A DNA stretch of 63,693 nucleotides, taken from contig JACQRE010000158.1 of assembly GCA_016206585.1 (NCBI GenBank), forward strand, positions 1-63,693, written 5' to 3'. Below, in pieces: positions 25,658-35,619 of the stretch. The DNA comes from Candidatus Omnitrophota bacterium (GTDB taxonomy: Bacteria; Omnitrophota; Gorgyraeia; Aquiviventales; Aquiviventaceae). A program made the translations under genes and the position numbers. Position 1 is the first letter of the stretch. Each line of letters opens with the position of its first letter. Under the pieces are notes generated by a model that was not told the DNA's origin, did not search any database, and saw only the letters and a list, made by a program, of their open reading frames with translations.

Positions 25658-27966
25658 CGGAACTCGTCTCCTCGAACCGGTGGCGCTACGCGGTCTGGGC
25701 GGTGCTGGCCGCCGGCGGCGCGCTGCTAGCACTGGGCTGGCTGGATCTGTTCGGGTGGATCGCCCGCCACCTGAGCCCCGACGGCGTCCTGCAGTCCGAG
25801 ACGCTGTCGGAAATCCGCCGGTTCAACCAGGCCACCCCCGTGGTGGGCGGAGCGCTGGTGGGGGCTGCCCTCGCCGCCGCCGCGATGCGGGACCGCCTTC
25901 AGGCGTGGCTGCGCGCGTTCGACGTCCCGGAGGCGGTGACGGCCGAGTCGCCCGCGCTCCAGCTCTTCCTCGTGAGCGTCATCGGCCTGTTCCTTCAGAT
26001 GCTCATCATCCGCTGGGTGTCCTCCGAGGTGCGCATCTTCGCCTACTTCAAGAACCTAGCACTGCTGGGCTGCTTCTTCGGGTTCGGTCTCGGCACAGGC
26101 CTTGGCCGGCGCCGCATCTCGTTGCTCCTCATCTTTCTCCCGCTGCTCGCCCTGGCCCTCTATGTGCAGTTTCCCGAGTACCTCGGACCCCTGTCGCTGC
26201 CCAACCTGATCCGGTTCGTCGGCAGCTTTGATGATCTGCGCTACTGGGTCTCCGCGCCGCGCAAGGCGCTGCTTTGGAGTGCCGGCCTGATCCAGATCGC
26301 GGCGATCTTCCTGACGGTGCTGCTGCCCTTCATCCCCATCGGGCAGTGGCTTGGCCGGCTGCTGAGCACCGCGCCGCCGCTGCGCGCCTACACGATCAAC
26401 CTCCTCGGCAGCCTGGCGGGGATCTGGCTCTTCTCGGGGCTCTCCTGGGCGTGGCTGCCGCCGGTGGCGTGGTTCGTGCTGGCACTGGCGGGCCTCCTCG
26501 TCCTCCTGCGGCGCCATCGAGCCGGCTGGGCGGGCACGCTGGTCTTCGGCCTCGCCCTGCTCGCCGTGCTGGGCCTGCCGCGCGAGGGCCTCCGCGTCGT
26601 GTGGTCGCCCTACCATCAGCTCCTCGTCCATCCGGTGCCGGCGGGGGAGGGAAGCGGGCGCGTGCAGCACATCATCGAGGTCAACCACACCTTCTACCAG
26701 AACGTCGAGGATACCCGGCGGCCCGCGCCGGTGGCCCTGTCACACTATGAGGTGCCCTACCGCATCGTGCCGCAGCCCGGGCGCGTGCTGATCGTGGGGG
26801 CCGGCTCGGGCAACGACGTGGCCGCAGCACTGCGCGCGGGAGCCGGCCATGTGACCGCGGTGGAGATCGATCCGGCGATCGCCGCGCTGGGGCGCGAGCT
26901 GCACCCCGAGCATCCGTACGACTCGCCGCGCGTCCGGCTGGTCATCGACGATGCGCGCGCCTACTTCAAGCGGGCCGGGGAGCGGTACGACCTCATCGTC
27001 TTCGGGATGCTCGACTCCCATACGTTGTCCTCCACCGTGACCAACATCCGGCTGGACCACTACGTCTATACCGTGGAGAGCTTGCGCGAAGCGCGCCGCT
27101 TGCTGGGCCCGGAGGGCGTCCTGGTGCTCACCTTCGCGCCCGGCATTCCCTGGATGCACGACCGGTTGGCCGAGACGCTCCAGCAGGTCTTCGATCAGCC
27201 GCCGCTCCTCATCGGGCCGACCCTGATCGCGGGCGACCCCTCGCAGATCCAGGCCGCGCTGGCCAGGGATCCGCAGCTCGCCCAGGAGGTGCGGCCCCAT
27301 GCGTCCCACCCCGCGATCCGCGTCACCACCGATGACTGGCCCTACCTCTATCTGCCGCGGCGCGGTATTCCCCTCTTACAGTTGGCCATCACGGGGCTGG
27401 TGGGGCTGCTGTTCTGGCTCATCGCGCGCCGCAGCCTGGGATCGATGGCCCGTCTCGACGGGCAGTTCTTCTTCCTCGGGGCCGCGTTCCTGCTGATCGA
27501 GTTCCAGGGGGTCAGCCGCGCAGCCCTCCTGTTTGGGACGACGTGGCTGGTGAACGCCATCATGATCTCCGGCATCCTGCTGATGGCGCTCGCCTCGACC
27601 GGGTTCGTCGCGCGCCGCCGGATCGTCTCGACGCAGCCCTTCTACGCCGGGCTGCTGCTGTGCGTGCTGCTGGGCGCGCTCCTCCCGCTCGAGCATCTGG
27701 CGGGCGGCGGTCTCTGGTCGCGCGCCATCGGGCCGGTCGCGCTCCAGACCGCGCCGCTGTTCTTTTCAGGCGTCATCTTCGCCGCCGCATTTCGCCAGGC
27801 GCGGGACGTCCGGGCGGCGTTCAGCTCCAATCTGCTAGGGGCGGTCGCCGGCGGCCTGGTAGAGTCGGTGTCGTATCTGACCGGGATTCGCGCGTTGAGC
27901 TGGGTGATCCTCCTCTTCTATGCGCTGGCGTGGGTGAGCGGGGAGCGGGCCACCGCTCATGGCTGA
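25654..27966 (+). CDS. polytopic membrane protein fused to a spermidine-synthase-like (SAM-fold) domain
   Basis: RVLIVGAGSGNDVAAAL, VTAVEIDP, YDLIVFGMLDSHT, flanked on both sides by multi-span hydrophobic regions. Confidence 0.7.
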   Translation: MTELVSSNRWRYAVWAVLAAGGALLALGWLDLFGWIARHLSPDGVLQSETLSEIRRFNQATPVVGGALVGAALAAAAMRDRLQAWLRAFDVPEAVTAESPALQLFLVSVIGLFLQMLIIRWVSSEVRIFAYFKNLALLGCFFGFGLGTGLGRRRISLLLIFLPLLALALYVQFPEYLGPLSLPNLIRFVGSFDDLRYWVSAPRKALLWSAGLIQIAAIFLTVLLPFIPIGQWLGRLLSTAPPLRAYTINLLGSLAGIWLFSGLSWAWLPPVAWFVLALAGLLVLLRRHRAGWAGTLVFGLALLAVLGLPREGLRVVWSPYHQLLVHPVPAGEGSGRVQHIIEVNHTFYQNVEDTRRPAPVALSHYEVPYRIVPQPGRVLIVGAGSGNDVAAALRAGAGHVTAVEIDPAIAALGRELHPEHPYDSPRVRLVIDDARAYFKRAGERYDLIVFGMLDSHTLSSTVTNIRLDHYVYTVESLREARRLLGPEGVLVLTFAPGIPWMHDRLAETLQQVFDQPPLLIGPTLIAGDPSQIQAALARDPQLAQEVRPHASHPAIRVTTDDWPYLYLPRRGIPLLQLAITGLVGLLFWLIARRSLGSMARLDGQFFFLGAAFLLIEFQGVSRAALLFGTTWLVNAIMISGILLMALASTGFVARRRIVSTQPFYAGLLLCVLLGALLPLEHLAGGGLWSRAIGPVALQTAPLFFSGVIFAAAFRQARDVRAAFSSNLLGAVAGGLVESVSYLTGIRALSWVILLFYALAWVSGERATAHG

Positions 27967-29500
27967 CGCCGCAGCGCTGTCTCTCTTGGCGGCTCCGCCG
28001 GTCTCGGGCCGGGCCGAGGTGCAAGCACGGCAGCGGTTCCTCTGGCTGTGCGCGTCATTGCTCGCGGTCTATGGCGTGATCTTCTGGTGCTTCGTGCCTG
28101 GGCGGACCGACGAGTACTGGGATCACACCGCGGCGATCCGCGCCCTGACGGAGAGCTTCCTCCATCCGGTGCATCCGCTCATGCAGGTTCCGCTGGCCGG
28201 TGAGCGGTGGTTCAATCCGTACCTGCTCCTGATGGCCGGGATTGCCAAAGCGGCCGGCCTCATGCCGGTGGACGTGTTAAAGCTCGGCGGTCCGCTCAAC
28301 CTGGCCCTGCTCTTCGTGGGGCTCTACCGCTTCGCGGCGGTTTCGACGGGCCTCGGACGCGGCGTGGCGGGCTGGATGCTGATCAGCTACCTGTTCTTCT
28401 GGACGACGCGGGGGGCCATGGTGCGGGAGCTGGGCTACTCGCCGGCGGCCTTCGTCGCCAGCGGCACGCCGCTGCTCTGGTGGTTGGCGCTGCGCCTGGT
28501 GAACCGTCCGACCGCCGCGCGAATGGCCTGGGTGGTGGCCGCCGGATCGATCCTGTGGCTCTGCCATCAGCTCGCCGCCGGAGTGGCCCTCATCAATGCG
28601 GCATGGCTGATGCTGCTCGAGCCGTCCAGTCCGTGGCGCCGTCGAGCGCTCCTCGCGCTGGGCATGGCCTGCGGCATTCTGCTGCTCAGCGAATGCTGGC
28701 CGTATTTCTCGAGCGTGCGGCTGCTGCTGGGCAGCTTCCGGCAGTACGGCTATGGCAGCAGCCATATCCACCAAGCCTGGGAGGCCCGTCTGTATCTCGC
28801 ACTCCTCGGGCCGAATCTCCTGGGTCTCGTGCTGCTCACGACGCGACAGGGCCGCTCGCTGCTGGAGCGGTTTCTGCAGGTTTCCGCGGGGAGCTTCGGG
28901 GTGTTGTGGGCGGTGCTGCTCGCGGCGCGCTCCCAATACCACAGCGCGGCGATTCTGGCGGTCGGCAACGCCTTCGCCTTGCGCGTGGGGCTGGAGCTCG
29001 CGCGTCCGGCGGGTCCCGGCTGGTCCGCCATCCTGCGCACCGCCCTCATCCTGGCGATCCTGCTGCAGGTGAAATTCACGGCCGGGTGGTTCCATCAGAT
29101 GTACGGCACGCCGTCGGGCGCGGCGTACCGGCAGATGCTCCAGGACTACCGGCAGCTTCCGCGCCATGTCGGCCGGTCGGACGTCGTCCTCAGCGACCTG
29201 TGGACGTCGTGGCAGGTGCCGACGTTCGCCGGCAAGACGCTCACCCGGCCGCCCGGACACGAGGTGGATTACTCGGTGCCGTACCGGGAGCAGCAACAGC
29301 GCGCCCGGGCGCTGCAGCAGCTCCTGGACCCCGCGACGTCCGGGGCGATCCGGCAGGCGCTCCTGCAGCGCTACCACATCCGCTACGTCCTGGTCAATCG
29401 CGTGCTGGCTCCGGAGTTCGACCTGCGCCACCTCGTCCGGATGGGCGAGACCGTGTGGGAAACACCCCGCCTGACCCTGGTGAGGCTTTCCGCATCATGA
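27959..29500 (+). CDS. polytopic membrane protein, function unknown (polymerase/GT-C candidate)
   Basis: 513 aa, about 12 hydrophobic spans, no recognisable motif. Confidence 0.6.
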   Translation: MADAAALSLLAAPPVSGRAEVQARQRFLWLCASLLAVYGVIFWCFVPGRTDEYWDHTAAIRALTESFLHPVHPLMQVPLAGERWFNPYLLLMAGIAKAAGLMPVDVLKLGGPLNLALLFVGLYRFAAVSTGLGRGVAGWMLISYLFFWTTRGAMVRELGYSPAAFVASGTPLLWWLALRLVNRPTAARMAWVVAAGSILWLCHQLAAGVALINAAWLMLLEPSSPWRRRALLALGMACGILLLSECWPYFSSVRLLLGSFRQYGYGSSHIHQAWEARLYLALLGPNLLGLVLLTTRQGRSLLERFLQVSAGSFGVLWAVLLAARSQYHSAAILAVGNAFALRVGLELARPAGPGWSAILRTALILAILLQVKFTAGWFHQMYGTPSGAAYRQMLQDYRQLPRHVGRSDVVLSDLWTSWQVPTFAGKTLTRPPGHEVDYSVPYREQQQRARALQQLLDPATSGAIRQALLQRYHIRYVLVNRVLAPEFDLRHLVRMGETVWETPRLTLVRLSAS

Positions 29501-30768
29501 AGCCCGGCGCTGAGACGACGCGCGTGCCGTATCGCTGGGACTGGCTGCCGCTGGCGTGGCGGTTCCTCCGCACCGATCAACAGCTCGCACACATCCTGCA
29601 TGGCGGCCATCTCGCCTACCTCAACGCGCTCTGGCGCGACGGCGCCCCGCTCATGGTCTCCGGACGGCACTGGCCGTCCCCCTCCGTGCCGCTGACGGAC
29701 AGCCGCGCCATCGACAACGGCTACCGTCCCGCCAACGCGCCCGGGGCGGGGTTCGAGCGGCAGCCGCTGGTGGTGGGCGACGTGGAGGCGGTGCGGGAGC
29801 AGTTCCGGGACATCGCGGTGCAGGAGTGGTGGCATCTGGTGGCCCCGGGCGGGTATGTGCTCCTGCGGCTGGCCGGCCGTTCAGGGTTCGGGGGACGCGC
29901 CGTCCCATCGGCTGAGCGGGCCCTCCAGCTGTGCGCGCACGGGGTGGTGCGGTTTTGGAAGCGGTTGTATCTCGGGCGAGGGGAATTGCTCCTGATCCAG
30001 AAACAGGCCTCCGTCGAGCTGGGGCGGGCGGAGGAGTGGAGCTTCGGGATCATCAGTAACGGCCAACGCGCCGGCTGGCTGCAGGAGGCGATCGCCGCGA
30101 TCCGGGAGCAGGGCATTCCCCGCTACGAGATCATCCTCGTGGGGCCGCGCGACCGGCTGCCGGCGGAGGGCAAGGATCTGCGCGTGATCGACTTCACGCA
30201 GCACGATGACCGAGGGTGGATCAGCCGCAAGAAGAACCTGGTCGCCGAACACGCGCGCTACGAGAACCTCGCGATCCTCCACGACCGGATCCGGCTCGAC
30301 CCGGACTGGTATACGGGGATGCTGGCCTACGGCAACGCGTTCTGGCTGCTTGGCGTGCCGATCCGCTCGCAGGCGCCCCAGGCGCGGACCGTCGACTGGG
30401 TGCGGTTTGACGGGCGGCGGGGGCTGCGGCGGCTGGCGGAGATCGAGCTGCTCGACTACGCGGATTGGGATCCGTGCGTGTTCATCAACGGGGCGCTGCT
30501 GATGGCGAAACGATCCTGCTGGCTGCAGATCGGGCTGGATGAGCGGCTGTTCTGGCAGGAGGACGAGGACGTGTGGTTCTCCCGGGCGTTCATCGCCCGC
30601 GGCTGGCTGCCGCGCCTCAACGTCCTGGCCGCGGCCTGGTCGAAGACGTTCTACCCGACGCGGGTCTCCTTGCAGCTCTTGCCGGACGGCGGGCGGCGGC
30701 GCGTGGTGATCCCGTGGAGCCGCTTCTCCCGCACCCCGCAGCCGCTCCCATCCGGAGCGGCCTCATGA
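29497..30768 (+). CDS. two-domain soluble protein with a GT-A-like C-terminal half
   Basis: ATGA overlap with the upstream gene. WSFGIISNGQRAGWLQEAIAAIREQGIPRYEIILVG, WQEDEDVW. Confidence 0.6.
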   Translation: MKPGAETTRVPYRWDWLPLAWRFLRTDQQLAHILHGGHLAYLNALWRDGAPLMVSGRHWPSPSVPLTDSRAIDNGYRPANAPGAGFERQPLVVGDVEAVREQFRDIAVQEWWHLVAPGGYVLLRLAGRSGFGGRAVPSAERALQLCAHGVVRFWKRLYLGRGELLLIQKQASVELGRAEEWSFGIISNGQRAGWLQEAIAAIREQGIPRYEIILVGPRDRLPAEGKDLRVIDFTQHDDRGWISRKKNLVAEHARYENLAILHDRIRLDPDWYTGMLAYGNAFWLLGVPIRSQAPQARTVDWVRFDGRRGLRRLAEIELLDYADWDPCVFINGALLMAKRSCWLQIGLDERLFWQEDEDVWFSRAFIARGWLPRLNVLAAAWSKTFYPTRVSLQLLPDGGRRRVVIPWSRFSRTPQPLPSGAAS

Positions 30769-32153
30769 GCACGCTGGTCGTCGAGCCGGCGGTGCGCGCG
30801 GGCGGTCTGACGGAGAACGCCGTGCGGCGGGATGCGCTGATCCGGCTCAACCGGCTGTGGGGGATCGCGTCGCGGGTCGCAACGACCCTACTGGGGTTCC
30901 TGTCGGTGCACCTGGCGATCCGGTACTTCGGGGCCGAGCGCTACGGAGTGTGGCTGGCACTGTCCACCATTCCCGGATGGCTGGCACTCCTCGAGCTGGG
31001 GCTGGGTCCGCTGCTGCGCAACCGCATCGCACAGGCCTCAGCGGGCGAGGACGCCGCCCAGATCCGGCGGCTCGCGAGCGCTTCGTTCCGTTCGCTGGCT
31101 CGCGCGGCACTCGCCGCAGGAGCGATCGCCCTCCTCGTCATCCCCCGCCTGCCGTGGTCCCGGTGGGTTGGCGCGGAGGGGGTGCCGCCCGCAGCCCTCG
31201 TGGCCGCGGCGGGGTGGCTGACGGCCGCCGGCATCGCGTCGCTGCCTCTGCTGGTGGCCGGACACGTCGCCGTCGGGCTGCAGCGCGGCTACCTGATGGA
31301 GCTGTGCCAACTGGCGTCGGTGGCCGCGGTGGCCGCCGGCCTGTGGCTGCTGAACGCCGCCGCCCCGAACGGCTCATGGCTGGCAGGCGTGCTCGTGCTG
31401 GGGGTGGTCCCGCAGCTCATGTTGCTGCTGTTTTTTGCCGCGTTCTTCGCCGCGCCCGCCTTCCGCGCGCTGCGCCCCTCGTGGCAGCGCTCGGGAGCCG
31501 AGGCACTCGCCGGGACGGCGGGAGCGCGCGCGCTCTTCTTCGGGCTGCACGGCGCCTCGCTCATGGTCGCCCTGGGCGAAAGCTGGGTGATCCTGCACGT
31601 CGCCAATGCCGGCGTGGTCGCGCAGGCCGGCGTGGTGCAGCGATGGTACCTGCCGGTCGCCATGCTCCACTCGATCCTCCTGACCCCGCTGCATCCGGCC
31701 TACGCCGAGGCGATGTCGCGCGGCGATCATGCCTGGAGCCGCCGGACGCTCGCGAGATTTTCCGTCCTGTCCTGGGTGCTGATCGGCGCCTTCGGCGTGT
31801 TGCTGCTCCTCACGCAGCCGCTCTACGTGCGCCTGATCGGCCAGGGGGCGGTGGCCAGCGACGCATGGCTGGGCGTGCTCTACGGGCTGCGGATGATCGA
31901 GAACGCGGTGGGCGGTTCGTACGCGACCTTCCTCCTGGCGACCGGACGCGTCGGGCGGCTGTTGGCGTACAACCTCCTCGGAGCGATCAGCTACGTGCCG
32001 CTCGCCCTGTGGCTGGGCCGCGGGGGCGGAGCCGCCGGGGTCGTCCTGGCCGGCCTGCTCGCCTACCTGCCGGTGGCGGTCAGCAACTGGCGCCAGGCCA
32101 CGCGGATGTTGCGGCCCGCGGCTGGACAGCCCTCTACGGAACCAGTAGGATGA
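30765..32153 (+). CDS. Wzx/MOP-type polysaccharide flippase
   Basis: About 12-14 transmembrane spans. The N-terminal region LLGFLSVHLAIRYFGAERYGVWLALSTI is typical of oligosaccharide flippases. Confidence 0.65.
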   Translation: MSTLVVEPAVRAGGLTENAVRRDALIRLNRLWGIASRVATTLLGFLSVHLAIRYFGAERYGVWLALSTIPGWLALLELGLGPLLRNRIAQASAGEDAAQIRRLASASFRSLARAALAAGAIALLVIPRLPWSRWVGAEGVPPAALVAAAGWLTAAGIASLPLLVAGHVAVGLQRGYLMELCQLASVAAVAAGLWLLNAAAPNGSWLAGVLVLGVVPQLMLLLFFAAFFAAPAFRALRPSWQRSGAEALAGTAGARALFFGLHGASLMVALGESWVILHVANAGVVAQAGVVQRWYLPVAMLHSILLTPLHPAYAEAMSRGDHAWSRRTLARFSVLSWVLIGAFGVLLLLTQPLYVRLIGQGAVASDAWLGVLYGLRMIENAVGGSYATFLLATGRVGRLLAYNLLGAISYVPLALWLGRGGGAAGVVLAGLLAYLPVAVSNWRQATRMLRPAAGQPSTEPVG

Positions 32154-32782
32154 TCATCTTGGCCCATCGGGGTAACCTCGACGGCATCGCGGGTGCGCGC
32201 CGGGAAAACTCGCCCGAGGCGGTCCGCGACGCGCTAGAGGCGGGGTTCGGCGTGGAGATCGACGTGCGCGCGCAGGGCACACGGCTCTACGTGTCGCACG
32301 ATCGACGGCGCTGGGTGCGGACGCGGGCCTTCGAGCGGTATGAGCCGCTGCTGCGTCGGGCTGACGGACAAAGCATCGGCCTGGACATCAAGGATCCCGG
32401 GGCGGTCGCCCCGCTCGAGCGGCGGCTCCGGAGCCTGAAGCTGCGCCGGGCGTTCCTGTTCGATTTCGAGCTGGCGGGGGCGCGGCCCACGTCGGTGCGG
32501 CGGCACGCGGTGCGCGTCTCCGACCTGCCGGCGGAGGATTACCGGCGGCGCGACCTGGCGCGGTGGGCGTACATCTGGCTCGATGAGATGCGGCGGGAGT
32601 GGGTGACCGCAGCCCTCGTGCGCGACTTGCGGCGGCGGTCGCGCGCCAGGATCCTGTGGGTGTCCCCCGAGCTGCACGGCCGGCCGCACACGCGCCGCTG
32701 GCGCGCGGCGAGGCGCTGGCCCATCGACGGCATCTGCACCGACTATCCCCTGGAGTTCCAGCGCTGGTGGACGGACCGATGA
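32150..32782 (+). CDS. glycerophosphodiester-phosphodiesterase-like protein
   Basis: MIILAHRGN...ENSPEAVRDALEAGFGVEIDVR and ICTDYP. Confidence 0.6.
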   Translation: MIILAHRGNLDGIAGARRENSPEAVRDALEAGFGVEIDVRAQGTRLYVSHDRRRWVRTRAFERYEPLLRRADGQSIGLDIKDPGAVAPLERRLRSLKLRRAFLFDFELAGARPTSVRRHAVRVSDLPAEDYRRRDLARWAYIWLDEMRREWVTAALVRDLRRRSRARILWVSPELHGRPHTRRWRAARRWPIDGICTDYPLEFQRWWTDR

Positions 32783-33429
32783 TCAAGAGCATTCTCTTCG
32801 ATCTGGACGGCGTGCTCGTCGACGCGACGGGGTGGCACTACAAGTCCTTCAACCTTGCGCTGCGGGACACCTGCGGCTTCGAGCTGACCCCCTTGGAGCA
32901 TGAGGCCACGTTTAACGGGCTGCCCACGAAGGAGAAGCTGCGGATGCTGATCCAGCAGGGCCGGGTGCCGCTGGAGAAGGCCCGGCAGATCTTCGAGGCG
33001 AAGCAGCGGCAGACCAACCAGGTGATCGAGACCGACTGCGTGCCGCAGCCCGCGAAGGTGGCGATGATCCGGCAGCTCGCCGCCTCGTACCGGCTGGCCT
33101 GCGTGACCAACAGCATCCGGCAGACGGCGGAGCTGATGCTGCGCAAGGCCGGCTACCTGCCGCATCTGGAGTTCTTCCTCAGCAACGAGGACGTGACCCG
33201 GCCCAAGCCGCATCCGGACGGGTTCATCATCGCGATGCACAAGATGGGCGTGCGGCCGGAGGAGACCATCGTGGTTGAGGATGCGCCGAAGGGGATCGCC
33301 GCGGCCAAAGCGGCCGGCTGCCACGTGCTCGAGATTCTCGGCTATCACGATCTCGATGTGCACCGGGTGACACGGTTTCTGGAGGCTCTGGAGGCGCCTG
33401 ACGGCGCGAGGAAGGAGGCGGTGGCATGA
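32779..33429 (+). CDS. HAD-superfamily phosphatase
   Basis: ILFDLDGVLVD, VTNS, KPHPDGF, VVEDAPKGIAAAKAAG. Confidence 0.85.
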   Translation: MIKSILFDLDGVLVDATGWHYKSFNLALRDTCGFELTPLEHEATFNGLPTKEKLRMLIQQGRVPLEKARQIFEAKQRQTNQVIETDCVPQPAKVAMIRQLAASYRLACVTNSIRQTAELMLRKAGYLPHLEFFLSNEDVTRPKPHPDGFIIAMHKMGVRPEETIVVEDAPKGIAAAKAAGCHVLEILGYHDLDVHRVTRFLEALEAPDGARKEAVA

Positions 33430-34142
33430 ACATCGTGATTCCCATGGCCGGCGAGGGGGCCCGCTTCCGGGAGCGGGGGTACAGCTTTCCCAAGCCGCTC
33501 ATCCCGGTGCAGAACAAAACGATGATCCAGGTGGTCGTGGAAAACCTGGGCCTCGACGGGCACTACATCTTCCTCTCCCGGAAGGAGCACCTGCAGCAGT
33601 ACGCCATCGAGCCGATGCTGCGGCTCTTCGTCAAACGCTTCACGATCGTGGAGGTGCCGGGTCTGACCGAGGGGGCCGCCTGCACCGTCCTCTTGGCGCG
33701 GCAGCTGATCGACAACGAGGATGAGCTGGTGATCGCCAACAGCGACCAGTGGGTCCGCTGGGACCCCTCGCGGTTCCTCGCGTACCTGCGGCGGGAGCAG
33801 GCGGACGGCGGCATCGCCACGTTCCACGCCACCCACCCCAAGTGGAGCTACGCCCGGCTCGATGCGCGCGACTACGCGGTGGCGGAGGTGGCCGAGAAGG
33901 TGCCGATCAGCACGCACGCCACCGTCGGCATCTACTACTTCCGGCAGGGGCGGATGTTCGTCAGCGGCGCGGAGGAGATGATGCGCAAGAACATCCGGAC
34001 GAACAAGGAGTTCTACGTCTGCCCGGTCTACAACCAGCTCATCGGCCAGGGACTCAAGATCCTCCACTATCCGGTGGAGGAGATGTGCGGTCTCGGCACG
34101 CCGGAGGACCTCGAAGTGTTCGTCCGGCAGAAAAGCTTGTAG
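33426..34142 (+). CDS. sugar-phosphate nucleotidyltransferase (GT-A fold)
   Basis: MNIVIPMAGEGARFRERGYSFPKPLI, TEGAACTVL, GIYYF. Confidence 0.75.
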   Translation: MNIVIPMAGEGARFRERGYSFPKPLIPVQNKTMIQVVVENLGLDGHYIFLSRKEHLQQYAIEPMLRLFVKRFTIVEVPGLTEGAACTVLLARQLIDNEDELVIANSDQWVRWDPSRFLAYLRREQADGGIATFHATHPKWSYARLDARDYAVAEVAEKVPISTHATVGIYYFRQGRMFVSGAEEMMRKNIRTNKEFYVCPVYNQLIGQGLKILHYPVEEMCGLGTPEDLEVFVRQKSL

Positions 34143-34191
34143 AACCGGTTTCATCAATCCCCGCGACCGCGCAGGTAACCCCGGGGCGCTG

Positions 34192-35619
34192 ATGCCCAGC
34201 GAGACGTTGCAGGTTCCCGCACGCGCGAAGACGAGCGAGCTGCCCGACCGCAGCCTGGATGCCGTCATCCGCCTCGCCATGCTCCTGCTGGCACTCGGCA
34301 ATGTCGGAGCGGTCCTCGCGTTTTTCACCGTCCGGTGGTCCGCGCTCTGGTCCTACCGGATGGAGAAGATGGCCGTGACCGGCTATGTCGTGGTGATGGT
34401 CTTGGCGGTCCAGCTGGGATGGTGGAGCCGGCGCATCCGCCCGAGGGTGCTGCTGCTCAACGTCAGCCAGGCGCTGGTGGTGATCGCGCTGGCCTGCGCT
34501 GACGCCGTCCTGACGCGGATGCCGTCGCTCCTGCCAACGGTGCTCATCAATTTTGAGCCGCGGCTCAACCCGGCGCTGGAGCAGGCGCGTGAGACGCTGC
34601 TGGACTACCTCCCGTACAGCCCCTGGGTACGCTTCAAGCCCCACATCCTCGTGCGGACCATCGGCGACCGGCGGGACGATTTCGTCTATACGTGGACCAC
34701 CGACCGGTTCGGGTTCAAGAACGATGACGCGTTCGCGGAGCGCGCCGCCCGTGACGGGGTTGCCGCGGTGGCCATCGGCGACTCCTTCGTGGAAGCGGCT
34801 GGGGTGCCGACGGAGGAGACCTGGGTTTCACGGCTCTCCCGCCGAGGGTTTCCGACCTATAATCTGGGGGTGCAGGCCTTCGCGCCGCAGCAGATGGCGG
34901 GGGCCCTCGACCGGTTCGGCCGCCACTTCCGGGCGCGGTACGTCCTGATCGGCTACACGCCGGGCTTCGAGGGCCGCACGCTGCGCGTCAGGGATGCCGG
35001 CGCGAAGCTGGGCGACCCGGCATTCCAGTCGATGCTGGAGCCCCAGTACCTGCAGGAACGCCGGCCCAGCGACATCCCCCGATGGCGGGTGCTCAACGCC
35101 GCCTTGGAGCTGAGCAAGAGCCGGTTGCGGTACCTGCTGCGGACCCGGCGGGCGCGGTGCCACGCGGCAGCGCCCGGCTCCGTCTTCACGCCGTACTGCG
35201 CCGAGGTGCAGGATGGCGCCCGGGTGTCCTTCAATCCGTCGGGCGAACCCTGGCGCCTCACCGCCGCGTCGCTGGAGGAGACCGCGCGGATTGCCCGCGA
35301 GATGGGTGCCAGCCCCGTGATCGTGCTCTTCCACAGCCGGGCCTTCCTGTATTACCCGCGCGTGATGGGCCGCGATGCGCCGGCCGACCATTATGAGCGC
35401 CGCACGGCGCAGACGCTCCGCGCCTGGGCGCAGAGGCACGGGGTCGAGCTCATCGATACGGAGTTGGTCTTCGTGCGCTACCTAGCCGGGGTGGACGAAT
35501 CCGCGGACGTCTCCGCGCTGCCGTTCTTCTTGGCCGACGGCCACATCGGCCCCGTGGGCCAGCGGCTCGTGGCCGAGGCGGTCGCGGACACGCTGGGACG
35601 TGAGGCATTCGCTCCATGA
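34192..35619 (+). CDS. membrane-anchored SGNH/GDSL hydrolase (O-acyl esterase or transferase candidate)
   Basis: N-terminal transmembrane spans, AIGDSFVE (block I), ADGHIGPVG (block V). Confidence 0.65.
   Translation: MPSETLQVPARAKTSELPDRSLDAVIRLAMLLLALGNVGAVLAFFTVRWSALWSYRMEKMAVTGYVVVMVLAVQLGWWSRRIRPRVLLLNVSQALVVIALACADAVLTRMPSLLPTVLINFEPRLNPALEQARETLLDYLPYSPWVRFKPHILVRTIGDRRDDFVYTWTTDRFGFKNDDAFAERAARDGVAAVAIGDSFVEAAGVPTEETWVSRLSRRGFPTYNLGVQAFAPQQMAGALDRFGRHFRARYVLIGYTPGFEGRTLRVRDAGAKLGDPAFQSMLEPQYLQERRPSDIPRWRVLNAALELSKSRLRYLLRTRRARCHAAAPGSVFTPYCAEVQDGARVSFNPSGEPWRLTAASLEETARIAREMGASPVIVLFHSRAFLYYPRVMGRDAPADHYERRTAQTLRAWAQRHGVELIDTELVFVRYLAGVDESADVSALPFFLADGHIGPVGQRLVAEAVADTLGREAFAP

Noticed and set aside
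28207-30768. Very long + strand ORFs (28207-30768, 30857-32782, 15604-17358, 1969-3519, 13731-15233) that look like giant fusion proteins.
   Set aside because: Their 5' parts are out-of-frame read-through of the preceding real gene and give low-complexity RPGA-rich translations. The real genes begin at internal ATG/GTG codons that overlap the upstream stop codon.
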